The position numbers and the translations under genes were made by a program. A model generated the notes under the pieces. That model worked only from the letters and a program-made list of their open reading frames with translations. It was not told where the DNA came from and searched no databases. Below, one piece after another: positions 10,252 through 20,800 of a stretch of DNA of 64,000 bases. The DNA comes from Nostoc sp. DedSLP01 (GTDB lineage: Bacteria; Cyanobacteriota; Cyanobacteriia; Cyanobacteriales; Nostocaceae). Position 1 is the stretch's first letter, and every line of letters begins with the position of its first letter. Where the stretch lies: assembly GCA_034530875.2 (NCBI GenBank), contig JAVRCJ020000001.1, positions 320,001-384,000 of the forward strand. Direction: 5' to 3'.

Positions 10252-10864
10252 GTCTCTTGTAAACAGGTTCCCATTTTTTCATTGTTGATAGGAAGATTAA
10301 CATAGTTTCTGATTCTTGAGGAGTTATGTCTCCTAAATCCAATGCGTTAACTTCCTCTTGTGAGAACGCGCTGACTCGCAACCCAGCTTCAATTAGTGAG
10401 TTTATACTATGTTTTAGGGTTTCTAAGACAATATAATTTATGTCTTTTTTAGGAGTTTCAAGACTAACGGCGCTTTTAACATCTTTATATAAAGTGACAG
10501 AGCCAGATGTCAGTTCCTCAAATGTTTTTTTAACATTTTCTGCCAAATAAAAACCCCAGTATCCCTCGTCTAAAATTTCCTTTAAAAGAAAGTTAGATTT
10601 GACAAAGTACAGTAGTACTTGATCTTTGCTCTCTTCTTCCTTGATTTTATTAAGCAGTTTGACGAGTCTATCAAGCTTTTGTGAAAGCTGAACCATCTCT
10701 TGCTTAAGTTCATCCAGTGATATTTGTCTGGTGTTAGCTAGTTCGACTAGTTTGGTGCTGGCTTCATGTTGCGCGTTATCAGAACATAGAGACTGCTCAA
10801 ACAGTGCTACTTGTGCTTGAAATGTTGAGATTGTTTCCTGTGTGAGCATGAAACTTTGTGTCAT
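10238..10864 (-). CDS. Putative antitoxin partner of Doc (helical, 208 aa)
   Basis: Lies directly upstream of and overlaps doc. C-terminus KKWEPVYKRLAAS resembles the short terminal helix of Doc antitoxins. Confidence 0.6.
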   Translation of the reverse strand: MTQSFMLTQETISTFQAQVALFEQSLCSDNAQHEASTKLVELANTRQISLDELKQEMVQLSQKLDRLVKLLNKIKEEESKDQVLLYFVKSNFLLKEILDEGYWGFYLAENVKKTFEELTSGSVTLYKDVKSAVSLETPKKDINYIVLETLKHSINSLIEAGLRVSAFSQEEVNALDLGDITPQESETMLIFLSTMKKWEPVYKRLAAS

Positions 10865-11025
10865 TGCCTTATTACCACTACAGCCAGAAACTTAGGTTTT
10901 TCACTTTCTTTATTTAGAACAACTCTATAGCCTTACTAGAAATACTAGGGATACAGAATTGTTGTATCTCAGGATATCTCAACTATATCTATAAAGAGAG
11001 GCAATTTTTAGCGATCGCCCCATGC

Positions 11026-12630
11026 TTAAATATATTCATCCCAAGCCACAGGAAAGGAATAATCGGAAAACGGCGAGAAAACCTGATTTTCGCTGCGGGT
11101 TTCTTCATCCAAAACTTTGATGACTTTGTTATAAATATCTTTTGCTTGTTGTGGAGAATCGCCAATGCTGGTTAATCCCAACTTGCCAAATTGCGAAAGA
11201 CAACCCATAAGATGAAAAACTGTGCCTGTTTCAGTACCGCTATCAAAGTGCAGTCTGTGGTGAGCGATAATATCCATCAAGTCATTTGGTAATAATCCCC
11301 GATAGCGGTCTTTTTGCAGGTTGTCGGTGGCAATGTAGTATTTGGGACGACCTTGTTGGCTGTAAAATAAACCCGTGGACAGGTCATAGCGACCGTTGGT
11401 CAATAATTTCAAGGTCATGAATGGATGAGTTGTACCGCCTTTACGCAGATTAATTTCGATCGCCTGAATGTCCCACTCTCCATTACCCTTGTCAACTGCG
11501 ATAAAATCTACACCAAATCGTTCTAGCGCGCCTTTTTCAGCTAGCGTTCTGCCAACTTGTAAGCCGAGTTGCTGTAATTGCAACCGATATCTTTCATCAG
11601 CGGGAAAGCTACAACCAAGATAAATCTGGCCGTCGGGGCCTCCGAGAATTTGGTCGTGGGTGGAGAGGATTTCTATTTCGCCATTAGGCGTAATCCTACC
11701 TTGAACGCTGGGCGATCGCTTTATTTCTCCTTCCACAAATGATTCTACAATTGCCCCTAATTCCGGAATTCTGGCAGAAAAATTCTCCCAAGTTTCTTGT
11801 TTTGCTTGAAAGCGCAATGTTGAAAAGCGATCGCTAATTGCTGCTACCCTTTCGGCATGAGTACTCGTACCAGTAGGTGCGAGATTCTCAATCGGTCTTA
11901 AATCCAGCAATGCATTTCCTTCTCCAGAAATTCCTTCGTTGAGTTTCACCACCATTCTTTTTAATGTCGGTTGGCGTTCCCACAAATCAGCAGCAGCTTG
12001 TGCTAAATCGCTGTGATGCCAAACTTGTTGGCTACCATCTGGATGTGGTACTTCACTTTCGCCAAATATTTGCCGACTACCACTTTTTGTTCCCCAAATC
12101 TGTAAATCTGGCGCCGCAGCATACAGTGGTACGCCTAATTTTACTGATAATTCGCCTTCAAAATTCGATGAATTATAACATATCATGAATGATTTATCGA
12201 GCCTCAAAGCTTGGCGAATTCGCTCTAGTAAACGGGGGCGTTCTAAAATCTTTTGGCTGAGGGGCTTAAGCGAGGAATCGTAAGTAGAAAGTAGCAGCAA
12301 GCGATTGCGAGCATGAGAAAAAGGAATTCCTGGCAAAAGTTGCAGATAATAATCGATGATACTGGGATGCAGGGGTACTGATGTCACATAAACCAATCTT
12401 GTACGCGGATTCCGCAACCGAATCAAAGAAAACAGTAATCTTTCTTCATAATGTTCGCAGCCTTCAATTTTTTGAAGCTCGCGCTGGTCAATACTCAAAG
12501 ATGGGACAATTAAAATATCTGCTTCACTATTATCAAATAGCTCGATGGTTTTCCAGCGATCGCGCAGAGTTGATTGCAGACGGCGAAACTTTTCAATTTG
12601 CTGTAACTCAGAAACATCCAGTGTTGCCAT
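11026..12630 (-). CDS. Pgm1-related ATP-grasp peptide ligase family protein
   Basis: HYEERLLF, VVKLNEGISGEGNA, SPSVQ, STHDQILGG and IEINLRKGGTTHP motifs. Probable start ATG 12630. Confidence 0.85.
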   Translation of the reverse strand: MATLDVSELQQIEKFRRLQSTLRDRWKTIELFDNSEADILIVPSLSIDQRELQKIEGCEHYEERLLFSLIRLRNPRTRLVYVTSVPLHPSIIDYYLQLLPGIPFSHARNRLLLLSTYDSSLKPLSQKILERPRLLERIRQALRLDKSFMICYNSSNFEGELSVKLGVPLYAAAPDLQIWGTKSGSRQIFGESEVPHPDGSQQVWHHSDLAQAAADLWERQPTLKRMVVKLNEGISGEGNALLDLRPIENLAPTGTSTHAERVAAISDRFSTLRFQAKQETWENFSARIPELGAIVESFVEGEIKRSPSVQGRITPNGEIEILSTHDQILGGPDGQIYLGCSFPADERYRLQLQQLGLQVGRTLAEKGALERFGVDFIAVDKGNGEWDIQAIEINLRKGGTTHPFMTLKLLTNGRYDLSTGLFYSQQGRPKYYIATDNLQKDRYRGLLPNDLMDIIAHHRLHFDSGTETGTVFHLMGCLSQFGKLGLTSIGDSPQQAKDIYNKVIKVLDEETRSENQVFSPFSDYSFPVAWDEYI

Positions 12631-12965
12631 AATTCCTACCTGTCGCCATCCAAAAACTGCTCTACTTCTCTGGTACATCCCAAGTAACTTTTTTGACAGA
12701 TCCTTTTTTGAAGAGAATTAAATAATATTAATTTTCTTCATAAAAATTTGAGTAGCTTGAGACATTGGCTTCAGCAAACTAGAGAAACTTGACAAAAGTG
12801 CTAGAAGGTTGTCCGTAAATACCAGATTAAATTAATTTTAACGAAAATAACAAGCATTATAGTCCGTATTTTGGCAGCGAATAAGGATAAGTTCAAGAGG
12901 CAGGAGATAGCAGGTAGTTATTGCTGGAGAAACCCACGTTTTAAAACCTGGGACTAAGTAGGTAG

Positions 12966-13010
12966 ACGCCACTTGACTCTATGCCGCCAAACCCTTCCAC
13001 CGCAGTGGCT
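12966..13010. repeat. Small dispersed repeat, ACGCCACTTG...GCAGTGGCT family
   Basis: Related copies occur at 14599-14642 and, inverted, at 52594-52637. Confidence 0.65.
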
Positions 13011-13474
13011 GGGCTTTGGATCTCGCGTACTTTGGGCTGATACAATTCCTGTTTTAAACTGGAATTTATACCCAGAAAAAACAGTTTTAATTAATACTCT
13101 TAACCTCCTGCCTCCTGCCTTCTTTGGTAAAAATATATTTAAATGTATTGCCGTATATTACAGCAAGCAGAGGATATTTATGCGCAAACTATTGATTTTA
13201 CGTCTTAAGGTTGAGTGAATTGCAGCTAGTTTTATCTCTAAGGAGCGATAAAGTTTTACAACATAGATAGTTTACTGAAATAGAGATGAACAGGATAAAT
13301 CCTGGTTCGCATGAGAGTAGTGTATTTGTTTTTCGTGGTTAGATAAAAGTCTGTATTAGGTGTGAGGGGAAATAGTGCAAGCCGCGTATAAATAATATAA
13401 AAAGTACGTTTGGTAAGCATTCGGGGTGTAAAAACCTAAAATTGCAAATGGCAAGTGGGAGCCAAAGCAAAAAA

Positions 13475-13513
13475 TGAACCTTGGGTTGAATATTCGATCC
13501 AAGGTTTACTTTT
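13475..13513 (+). terminator. Rho-independent terminator-like hairpin
   Basis: AACCTTGGGTTGAA-TA-TTCGATCCAAGGTT followed by TACTTTT. Confidence 0.55.
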
Positions 13514-13624
13514 GGAAATGGGAATGGGGAGTAGGGAATAGGGAATGGGGGCAGGAATAAAAATAATAATTACTCATACAATGCCCGATTCTCAACTAAA
13601 TATTCAATTACCAAAACAAGGCTT

Positions 13625-14488
13625 ATGACTGAATCAAAAGAGCAAAAATCACAACCGCCACAGCAACAACAACCGCCAGGCGCGGAATCGGAAATGACGC
13701 CAAAACCGAAAGCTGAGGATGTACAGTATCAGGGTAGTGGCAAATTAAAAGATAAAGTAGCCTTAATTACGGGTGCAGATAGTGGTATTGGTCGTGCTGT
13801 CGCAATTGCCTTTGCTAAAGAAGGCGCAGATGTGGCAATTCTTTATCTGAACGAACATGACGATGCCAAAGAAACAAAACATTTGGTAGAAAAACAAGGG
13901 CGTCGTGCAGTCACAATCGCTGGTGATATTGGCGATGAAAACTTTTGCCAGCAGGCCGTAGAGCAAACAATTGGTGAGTTTTGCAAACTGGATATTCTCG
14001 TCAACAATGCTGCCGAACAACATCCTAAACCAAGTATTGAAGAAATCACCAAAGAGCAACTAGAGCGAACTTTTCGCACTAATATATTCTCGATGTTTTT
14101 CATGACTAAAGCTGCACTCAAACACTTACATGAAGGCAGTGCTATCATCAATACCACATCAGTAACAGCTTATAAAGGTAGTCCACAACTACTAGATTAC
14201 TCCTCAACAAAAGGTGCGATCGTTGCCTTTACTCGTTCCTTATCACAAAATTTAGTGTCAAAAGGAATTCGAGTTAATGCTGTCGCGCCAGGCCCGATTT
14301 GGACACCATTAATACCTTCAACTTTTCCTGAAGAGAAAGTTGAAACTTTTGGCAAACAAGTACCAATGCAACGACCCGGACAGCCAGAAGAAGTTGCGCC
14401 TAGCTATGTATTTTTAGCATCGGATGACGCTTCTTATGTTTCCGGTCAAGTCTTACATGTCAATGGCGGAGAAGTTGTCAACGGCTAA
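13625..14488 (+). CDS. SDR oxidoreductase (YdaD/YghA general-stress type)
   Basis: ITGADSGIG, NNAAEQH, YSSTKGA and VAPGPIWTPL motifs. Confidence 0.93.
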   Translation: MTESKEQKSQPPQQQQPPGAESEMTPKPKAEDVQYQGSGKLKDKVALITGADSGIGRAVAIAFAKEGADVAILYLNEHDDAKETKHLVEKQGRRAVTIAGDIGDENFCQQAVEQTIGEFCKLDILVNNAAEQHPKPSIEEITKEQLERTFRTNIFSMFFMTKAALKHLHEGSAIINTTSVTAYKGSPQLLDYSSTKGAIVAFTRSLSQNLVSKGIRVNAVAPGPIWTPLIPSTFPEEKVETFGKQVPMQRPGQPEEVAPSYVFLASDDASYVSGQVLHVNGGEVVNG

Positions 14489-14888
14489 AAAGATTAGTCA
14501 TTGGTCATTGGTCATTGGTCATTAGTAAATTGCAAAAGGCAAAAAGCAAAGTCAATTGTGTTTACTACGCATCTGGTTAAGAGGTTTTCGACCATCACAA
14601 GCCACTTGCTCTAAGTAGGCAGACTCCTCTAAGGCAGTGGCTTAAATTTGTAAAATAAGGCAAATGACTAATGACAAATAAATAATTAAGTAAGCGGACA
14701 TAATTAAATGTAAAATCCAAACCAGCAAAACCTTTTACTGTTGAGGATTTTACCTCCTGCCTCCTGCCTCCTGCCTTCTATTTACTTCTAATTATTCGCT
14801 AATTTTCTTCCAGTGGAGGGAGGAACTAAGGTTTAGAGCATTGATAATATATCTAGCAGCAAACGTTTAATAAATAATAACTATTTCT

Positions 14889-15146
14889 ATGGCATCTCCT
14901 ACCCCATTGCACGGTACAGAACTAGTAGATTGTGCTAGAGCAAATGCCAAGCAAGGAATTGAAACTGCTGCTTATCAATGTGGCTATGGTGAAGACCTCA
15001 ACAAATTTGCAGGAGAACTTAGGCAAGCTTGCAAGGATATGAATTTGCAAGTAAAGGAACTTACCGAACTCATTACCGAGCAGGATTTGATATTACAATT
15101 GGGTACTGGCGAAATTATTGCTCCAGATACAGCATCAGAATTGTAA
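14889..15146 (+). CDS. Conserved small hypothetical protein
   Basis: 85-aa ORF with an ATG start and normal composition (LVDCARANAKQG...CGYG). Confidence 0.7.
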   Translation: MASPTPLHGTELVDCARANAKQGIETAAYQCGYGEDLNKFAGELRQACKDMNLQVKELTELITEQDLILQLGTGEIIAPDTASEL

Positions 15147-15248
15147 AATTTAACAGCAATTTACTAGTGAGGAGTTAGGAGTTAATAATTAAAATTAACT
15201 CTTAGCTCCTAACTCATCATTCATAACTTATAACTCATAACTCATCAT

Positions 15249-16649
15249 TCATAATTTTAAAATTACCCGCGCTAAATTGAAGTAAATTAAAACCCCAAGT
15301 ACATCAACTGCTGTGGTGATGAATGGTGCTGACATTAGTGCCGGATCTAAACGTAGGAAACGAAATAAAAATGGTAGTGCGGAACCGGAGACGGAAGCTA
15401 AAATAGAAATCGCCACTAGACTAGTGCCTACAGCGATCGCTACTTCTAACCGTCCTTGCAAAAAGTAAGCCCAGATGGTTGCGATCGTACCTAACATTCC
15501 TCCTAATAAAGCACCTGCAATCCCCTCCCGTACAATTACTTGCAACGAACCGAGCGATCGAATTTCATCGGTATTCATCCCCCGAATTACCACTGTGGAA
15601 GACTGAGCGCCCACATTACCACCAGTACCAGTTAGTAAGGGGATAAATGCTGTTAGTGTTACTACTTTCGTTAAAATATCTTCTTGCGACTTAATAATCG
15701 TTCCTGTAACAGTATTGGTTACCAGTAAAACTAACAACCATAAAACTCGCTTCCGAGCAACTTCTAATAAATTTGTCTGGAAATAGTTATCTCCTCCCGA
15801 CTGCACGCCACCACCCAACGCATAGATATCTTCAGTGGTTTCTTGTTGCAGAATATCAATCACATCATCAACAGTGACAATACCTACTAGACGCTCTTCT
15901 CGGTCTACCACAGGCACAGCTAAAAAATCATATCTTTGGATTAATCTGGCAACTTCTTCCTGGTCTGTATCGGTGTGGACGAATACCACATCACGGGTCA
16001 TCACTTCGCCAATAATTTCCTCTGGCTGGGATGTTACCAATTCTCGCAACGATACAATTCCCGTTAACCGCCTTGCTGCATCAGTGACATAAAGATAATA
16101 AATCATTTCACTGGCATTAGCTAAGTTGCGAATTCGCTCTAGAGCTTGAGATACTGTCAAGTTTTCTTTGAGCGAGATAAACTCTAGCGTCATGATTCGC
16201 CCAGCAGTATCACCTTCATAACCTAGTAATAGGGCTGTAGCTTGGCGTTCTGCGGGACTCAGCTGTTCTAGGAGGCGATTAACGACTTTTGCCGGTAACT
16301 CATCAAATAACCTCGCTCGGTCATCCGACGACATGCGATCGACAATATCACAGACTTCCTGACTTTTAAGTTCCTCAATTAACCGTTCTTGAACGCTGTA
16401 GTCCAGATATTCATAAACCTCTATAGCTTCATCCTTAGAAAGCAAGCGAAAAGCCAAAGCGTGCATCGCTTCTGGCAAACCCTCAATTGCCTCGGCAATA
16501 TCCGCAGGCTGCACAGGTACGAGAATAGCTTTTGCTCCCTGCAAGTCTCCTGCTTCTAGCAGCATTTGCAGCTGAGTCCGCACTAAATCCCGCAATTCCC
16601 TGCGTGAGACATCCTGAAAGGTAGAGTTTAAATTGTTTGTCTCAGTCAA
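15249..16649 (-). CDS. mgtE: Magnesium transporter MgtE
   Basis: N-domain, CBS pair, and TM motifs GGNVGAQ and DPALMSAPFITTAVD. Confidence 0.96.
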   Translation of the reverse strand: MTETNNLNSTFQDVSRRELRDLVRTQLQMLLEAGDLQGAKAILVPVQPADIAEAIEGLPEAMHALAFRLLSKDEAIEVYEYLDYSVQERLIEELKSQEVCDIVDRMSSDDRARLFDELPAKVVNRLLEQLSPAERQATALLLGYEGDTAGRIMTLEFISLKENLTVSQALERIRNLANASEMIYYLYVTDAARRLTGIVSLRELVTSQPEEIIGEVMTRDVVFVHTDTDQEEVARLIQRYDFLAVPVVDREERLVGIVTVDDVIDILQQETTEDIYALGGGVQSGGDNYFQTNLLEVARKRVLWLLVLLVTNTVTGTIIKSQEDILTKVVTLTAFIPLLTGTGGNVGAQSSTVVIRGMNTDEIRSLGSLQVIVREGIAGALLGGMLGTIATIWAYFLQGRLEVAIAVGTSLVAISILASVSGSALPFLFRFLRLDPALMSAPFITTAVDVLGVLIYFNLARVILKL

Positions 16650-16764
16650 AGTTCACTTTCCTCAGCCAGTTTGAACAAGGTTGCTGCCATTAGTCTAGGG
16701 GAAAGTGGGGATGTGCAACTTCAAACTTTTGATTTTTCTCAGTTTGAGTTCAGTTAAAGGAACT

Positions 16765-16859
16765 GATACCGTTTCACCTTAAGATTGGTATAGATTACAA
16801 GCAGGGTAAGCAGGAAACAACAAAAATGATTTGTAGCAATAATTTCGTGAAATGGGATC
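16765..16859. mobile_element. MITE-like element
   Basis: Imperfect inverted ends GATACCGTTTCAC...GTGAAATGGGATC. Confidence 0.45.
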
Positions 16860-17872
16860 GCAACTAAAGATTAGGTAAGAACGCGCAAAAATTATGCAAG
16901 AAGCAATAAAGTAGACCAGGCGATCGCCACACATAAATAATGAATATCACCTACACCCCACAACCTTTTTCAAGTCGCAAGCAAAGAGGGTTTAAACCTT
17001 TTTCATTTTTGTTTACATAGTTTGGTTTTTTTAAGCCGTTCTGCTGGCTAAAAGAGAAATTTTATCAGTTGAAAATAAAATATTGATAAATAATACTTTT
17101 GAAAATCTTTAAATATGAAAGTTTTCTTTATAAAACTTTCATGTAATTGCAATCCATAAAATAAAAAAAACACGACGAAAATCATCTATTGCGAATTTTT
17201 ATTTGAAAATCATCAAAACTTTGATGTAGCTTTAAAAATCTCTATTTAGTGTGAATCTTTAAACAAAGTTATAGGAGACGCATAGACATAACACGGTGGT
17301 GTAGTGTCAAATATTTAATTGATTAATCAAATAAATGCACTGAAATACAAAAGTAAGTAATTCAACACTGCTTACGTATATACTTACTTCAAGTAAGTAT
17401 TGTGGATCGTTAAAAATGATTAAATATTGAAATAATGATTTATTTTTATATAAAAAATAGTAAATTGACAAATACTTAATTTTAGGCATATCAAAACTCT
17501 GAATTTGTCTTCAAGCCGAGAGCAAATGTTTAATCAGAGTAAACTACGCTATAGAACTATACTTACTATAGGGGTTTCTAGATACTTAAAACTGTATCTG
17601 CTTTCAGACGAAATTTAGAGAGATATGCCACGTCATGTACTTTTAACTATGGATTAAATAAGGGGTAAAGGAGCAGATTAAATGTAAAACAAGCAGATAT
17701 AAAATGTTAAGTTAGTATTTATTAATATAAAATTAATAAACTAATTAATTTAGTAACATCAAAAATTCAGTTAGTAACATCACCTATTTCCCTTGAAAAA
17801 TTGAATGTAAAACTAATCCTGAAACCTTAATGATGGTATTAGTTTTAGCTGTTTTGTGAGGCATGTATATCA

Positions 17873-20800
17873 ATGGCTAATTCAACGGATCTTAATCAAA
17901 ACTCGTTAACGGTACTTAATTCGGATACAACAAAAAACCCATTAAATCAAGCATCAGCACTCAATTTTGCTAACGGTAGTACGGCATTTTCTCAGGGAAA
18001 TGGACTTAAAGGAGAGTACTACGACAACATTGACTTCACCAACTTAAAACTGACTCGCACAGATTCGACGGTCAACTTTAACTGGGGTAGTGGCGCTCCA
18101 GATCCACTCATCGGCGGTGCAGATACCTTCTCAGTGCGTTGGACAGGACAGGTAGAAGCTAAGTACAGCGAAGTTTACAATTTCTACACTAGAAGTGATG
18201 ATGGCGTCCGGCTGTGGGTGAATAATCAACTGTTGATCGATCGATTTGTCAATCAATCGACTACAGAACATACAGGCTCCGTCGCCCTAGTTGCAGGTCA
18301 AAAATACGATATTAAATTAGAATATTTCGAGAATAATTACTCTGCAAATTCTCAATTATCTTGGTCAAGCGCTTCTCAGACTAAAGAAATTATTCCTCAA
18401 TCTCAACTGTATAGTGGGACAAATACAAATAACAATCCAGTAATTGGTAATGGTAACGGACTCAAAGGAGAGTATTACGACAACATCGACTTCACCAACT
18501 TAAAACTGACTCGCACAGATTCGACAGTCAACTTTAACTGGGGTAGTGGGGCTCCAGATCCGCTTATCGGCGGTGCAGATACCTTCTCGGTACGTTGGAC
18601 AGGACAGGTACAAGCTGAATACAGCGAAGTTTACAACTTCTACACTAGAAGTGATGATGGCGTGCGGCTGTGGGTGAATAATCAACTGCTGATCGATCGA
18701 TTCGTCAATCAATCGACTACAGAACATACAGGCTCCGTCGCCCTAGTTGCAGGTCAAAAATACGATATTAAATTAGAGTATTTCGATAATAATTACTCTG
18801 CAAATTCTCAATTATCTTGGTCAAGTGCTTCTCAAGCTAAAGAAATTATTCCTCAGTCTCAACTATATAGTCAGGCGAATACACCTACGAGTAATGGTAA
18901 TGGACTCAAAGGAGAGTATTACGACAACATCGACTTCACAAACCAGAAACTGACTCGTACAGATGCGACAGTCAACTTTAACTGGGGTAGTGGCGCTCCA
19001 GATCCACTCATCGGCGGTGCAGATACCTTCTCAGTGCGTTGGACAGGACAGGTAGAAGCTAAGTACAGCGAGCTTTACAACTTCTACACTGGTAGTGATG
19101 ATGGCGTGCGGCTGTGGGTGAATAATCAACTGTTGATCGATCAATTTGTCAATCAATCGACCACAGAACATACAGGCTCTATCGCCCTCGTTGCAGGTCA
19201 AAAATACGACATTAAATTAGAGTATTTCGAGAATAATTACTCTGCAAATGCTCGATTATCCTGGTCAAGTGCTTCTCAGACCAAAGAAATTATTCCTCAG
19301 TCTCAACTGTATTCACAAGTCTCACCAGCTATTATCACCTTGAGTACATCTCCCACCAGCGTCAATGAAGGCGATGGTAGTGTAACGGTGACTGTACTCA
19401 GAAATGGTGATTTAAGTGGTACATCTTCAATTAAGTACGCTACCTTAGCTGGTACTGCAACAGCAGGGGATGATTATGCTAATGGCGGAGAGGAAATTGG
19501 CGGTACCCTCACCTTTGCACCAGGAGAAAGTAGCAAACAGATCGTAATTCCGATCTTTGACGACTTAATAGCAGAACCAGATGAAACCTTTAGTGTGGCT
19601 ATCGATCAGCCAGAGGGTGCAGGATTAGGAATTCAAAGAACTCTGGGAATCACGATTCAAGATAATGATAGTCAAGGTCTTACTTTCACTCCAATAGAAG
19701 TGAATGAGAATAATGGTACTGCAATAGTGACAGTTAGGCGCAATAATGCTTCCGGCGCTGCTAGTGTAAATTATGCAACTGCGGATGGAACTGCTAAAGC
19801 TGGATCTGACTATATTGCTATAGCTGGAACCTTAAACTTTGCAGTTGGGGAAACCAGTAAGAATATTTCTATTGCAATTAAAGATGATACCGTTACAGAA
19901 GCGGATGAAGCGTTTACTTTGAACTTTAGTAACGCAGTTGGGGTATCGCTGCCTATTACTAAGACGAGTGTGACTATTATCGATAATGACTCGGGTAACT
20001 TCCAAAGAAATACTGTAGTTTCTGGGTTGACCGCACCTACAGAGTTTGACTGGTCAGCTGATAATAAGCTCATGTTCATCGCCCAGAAAAATGGGGTAGT
20101 GAAGGTGTTGAACACGACTACGGGCGTGTTGGAAGCTAATCCCTTTATTGATATTTCATCTGAGGTAAATAATATAGCCGATCGCGGCTTGCTAGGCATG
20201 GCTCTACATCCAGATTTTGGCAAGAGTCCGACCGGCAACAACTACGTTTACCTCTTATTTACCTACGATCCCCCAGAAACCAATACTAGCAATCCTCTAA
20301 ATAATCCCAATAGCACCTTAGACAATCCCGATCAAAGAGGTAACCGTGCTGTAAGGCTAGTTAGGGTGACAGCTAACCCCAGCACTGGTTACAAAACTGC
20401 GATCGCTGGCAGTGAAGTTGTAATATTAGGCAAAAATAGCGTTTGGAACTATATCAGTCGTCCAGACAGAGACAGCACCCTCGTCGATCCTGACAATGAC
20501 ACCAAGAACGAGGCACCATCAGGTATTCTCAACAAAACTACTGGCAAATTGTTTGCCAACGCCCAAGAATATCTAGACGCTCTCAAAAGCAATAACATCC
20601 AAAACGTCCAAGATTATATGGCGATCGATAGTGCAACTCACTCCGGTGGTAGCCTAGTCTTTGGTAATGATGGTAGCCTGTTTGTTGGACTTGGTGATGG
20701 TACTTCGTACAACCGAGCAGATATCCGAGCAAATCGCGTCCAGGATCTCGATAACCTCTCTGGTAAGATCCTCCGCATCGATCCTATTACTGGTCAGGGT

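Noticed and set aside
12973..13218. 81-aa ORF as a precursor peptide for the Pgm1-like ligase
   Set aside because: It has a TTG start inside a dispersed repeat, crosses repeat DNA and has no RBS.
16650..16900. M-box (ykoK) magnesium riboswitch upstream of mgtE
   Set aside because: I could not recognise the conserved structure; a cmscan would be needed.
17996..19313. Diversity-generating retroelement template/variable repeats
   Set aside because: There is no reverse transcriptase, and the differences are mostly synonymous rather than adenine-specific.
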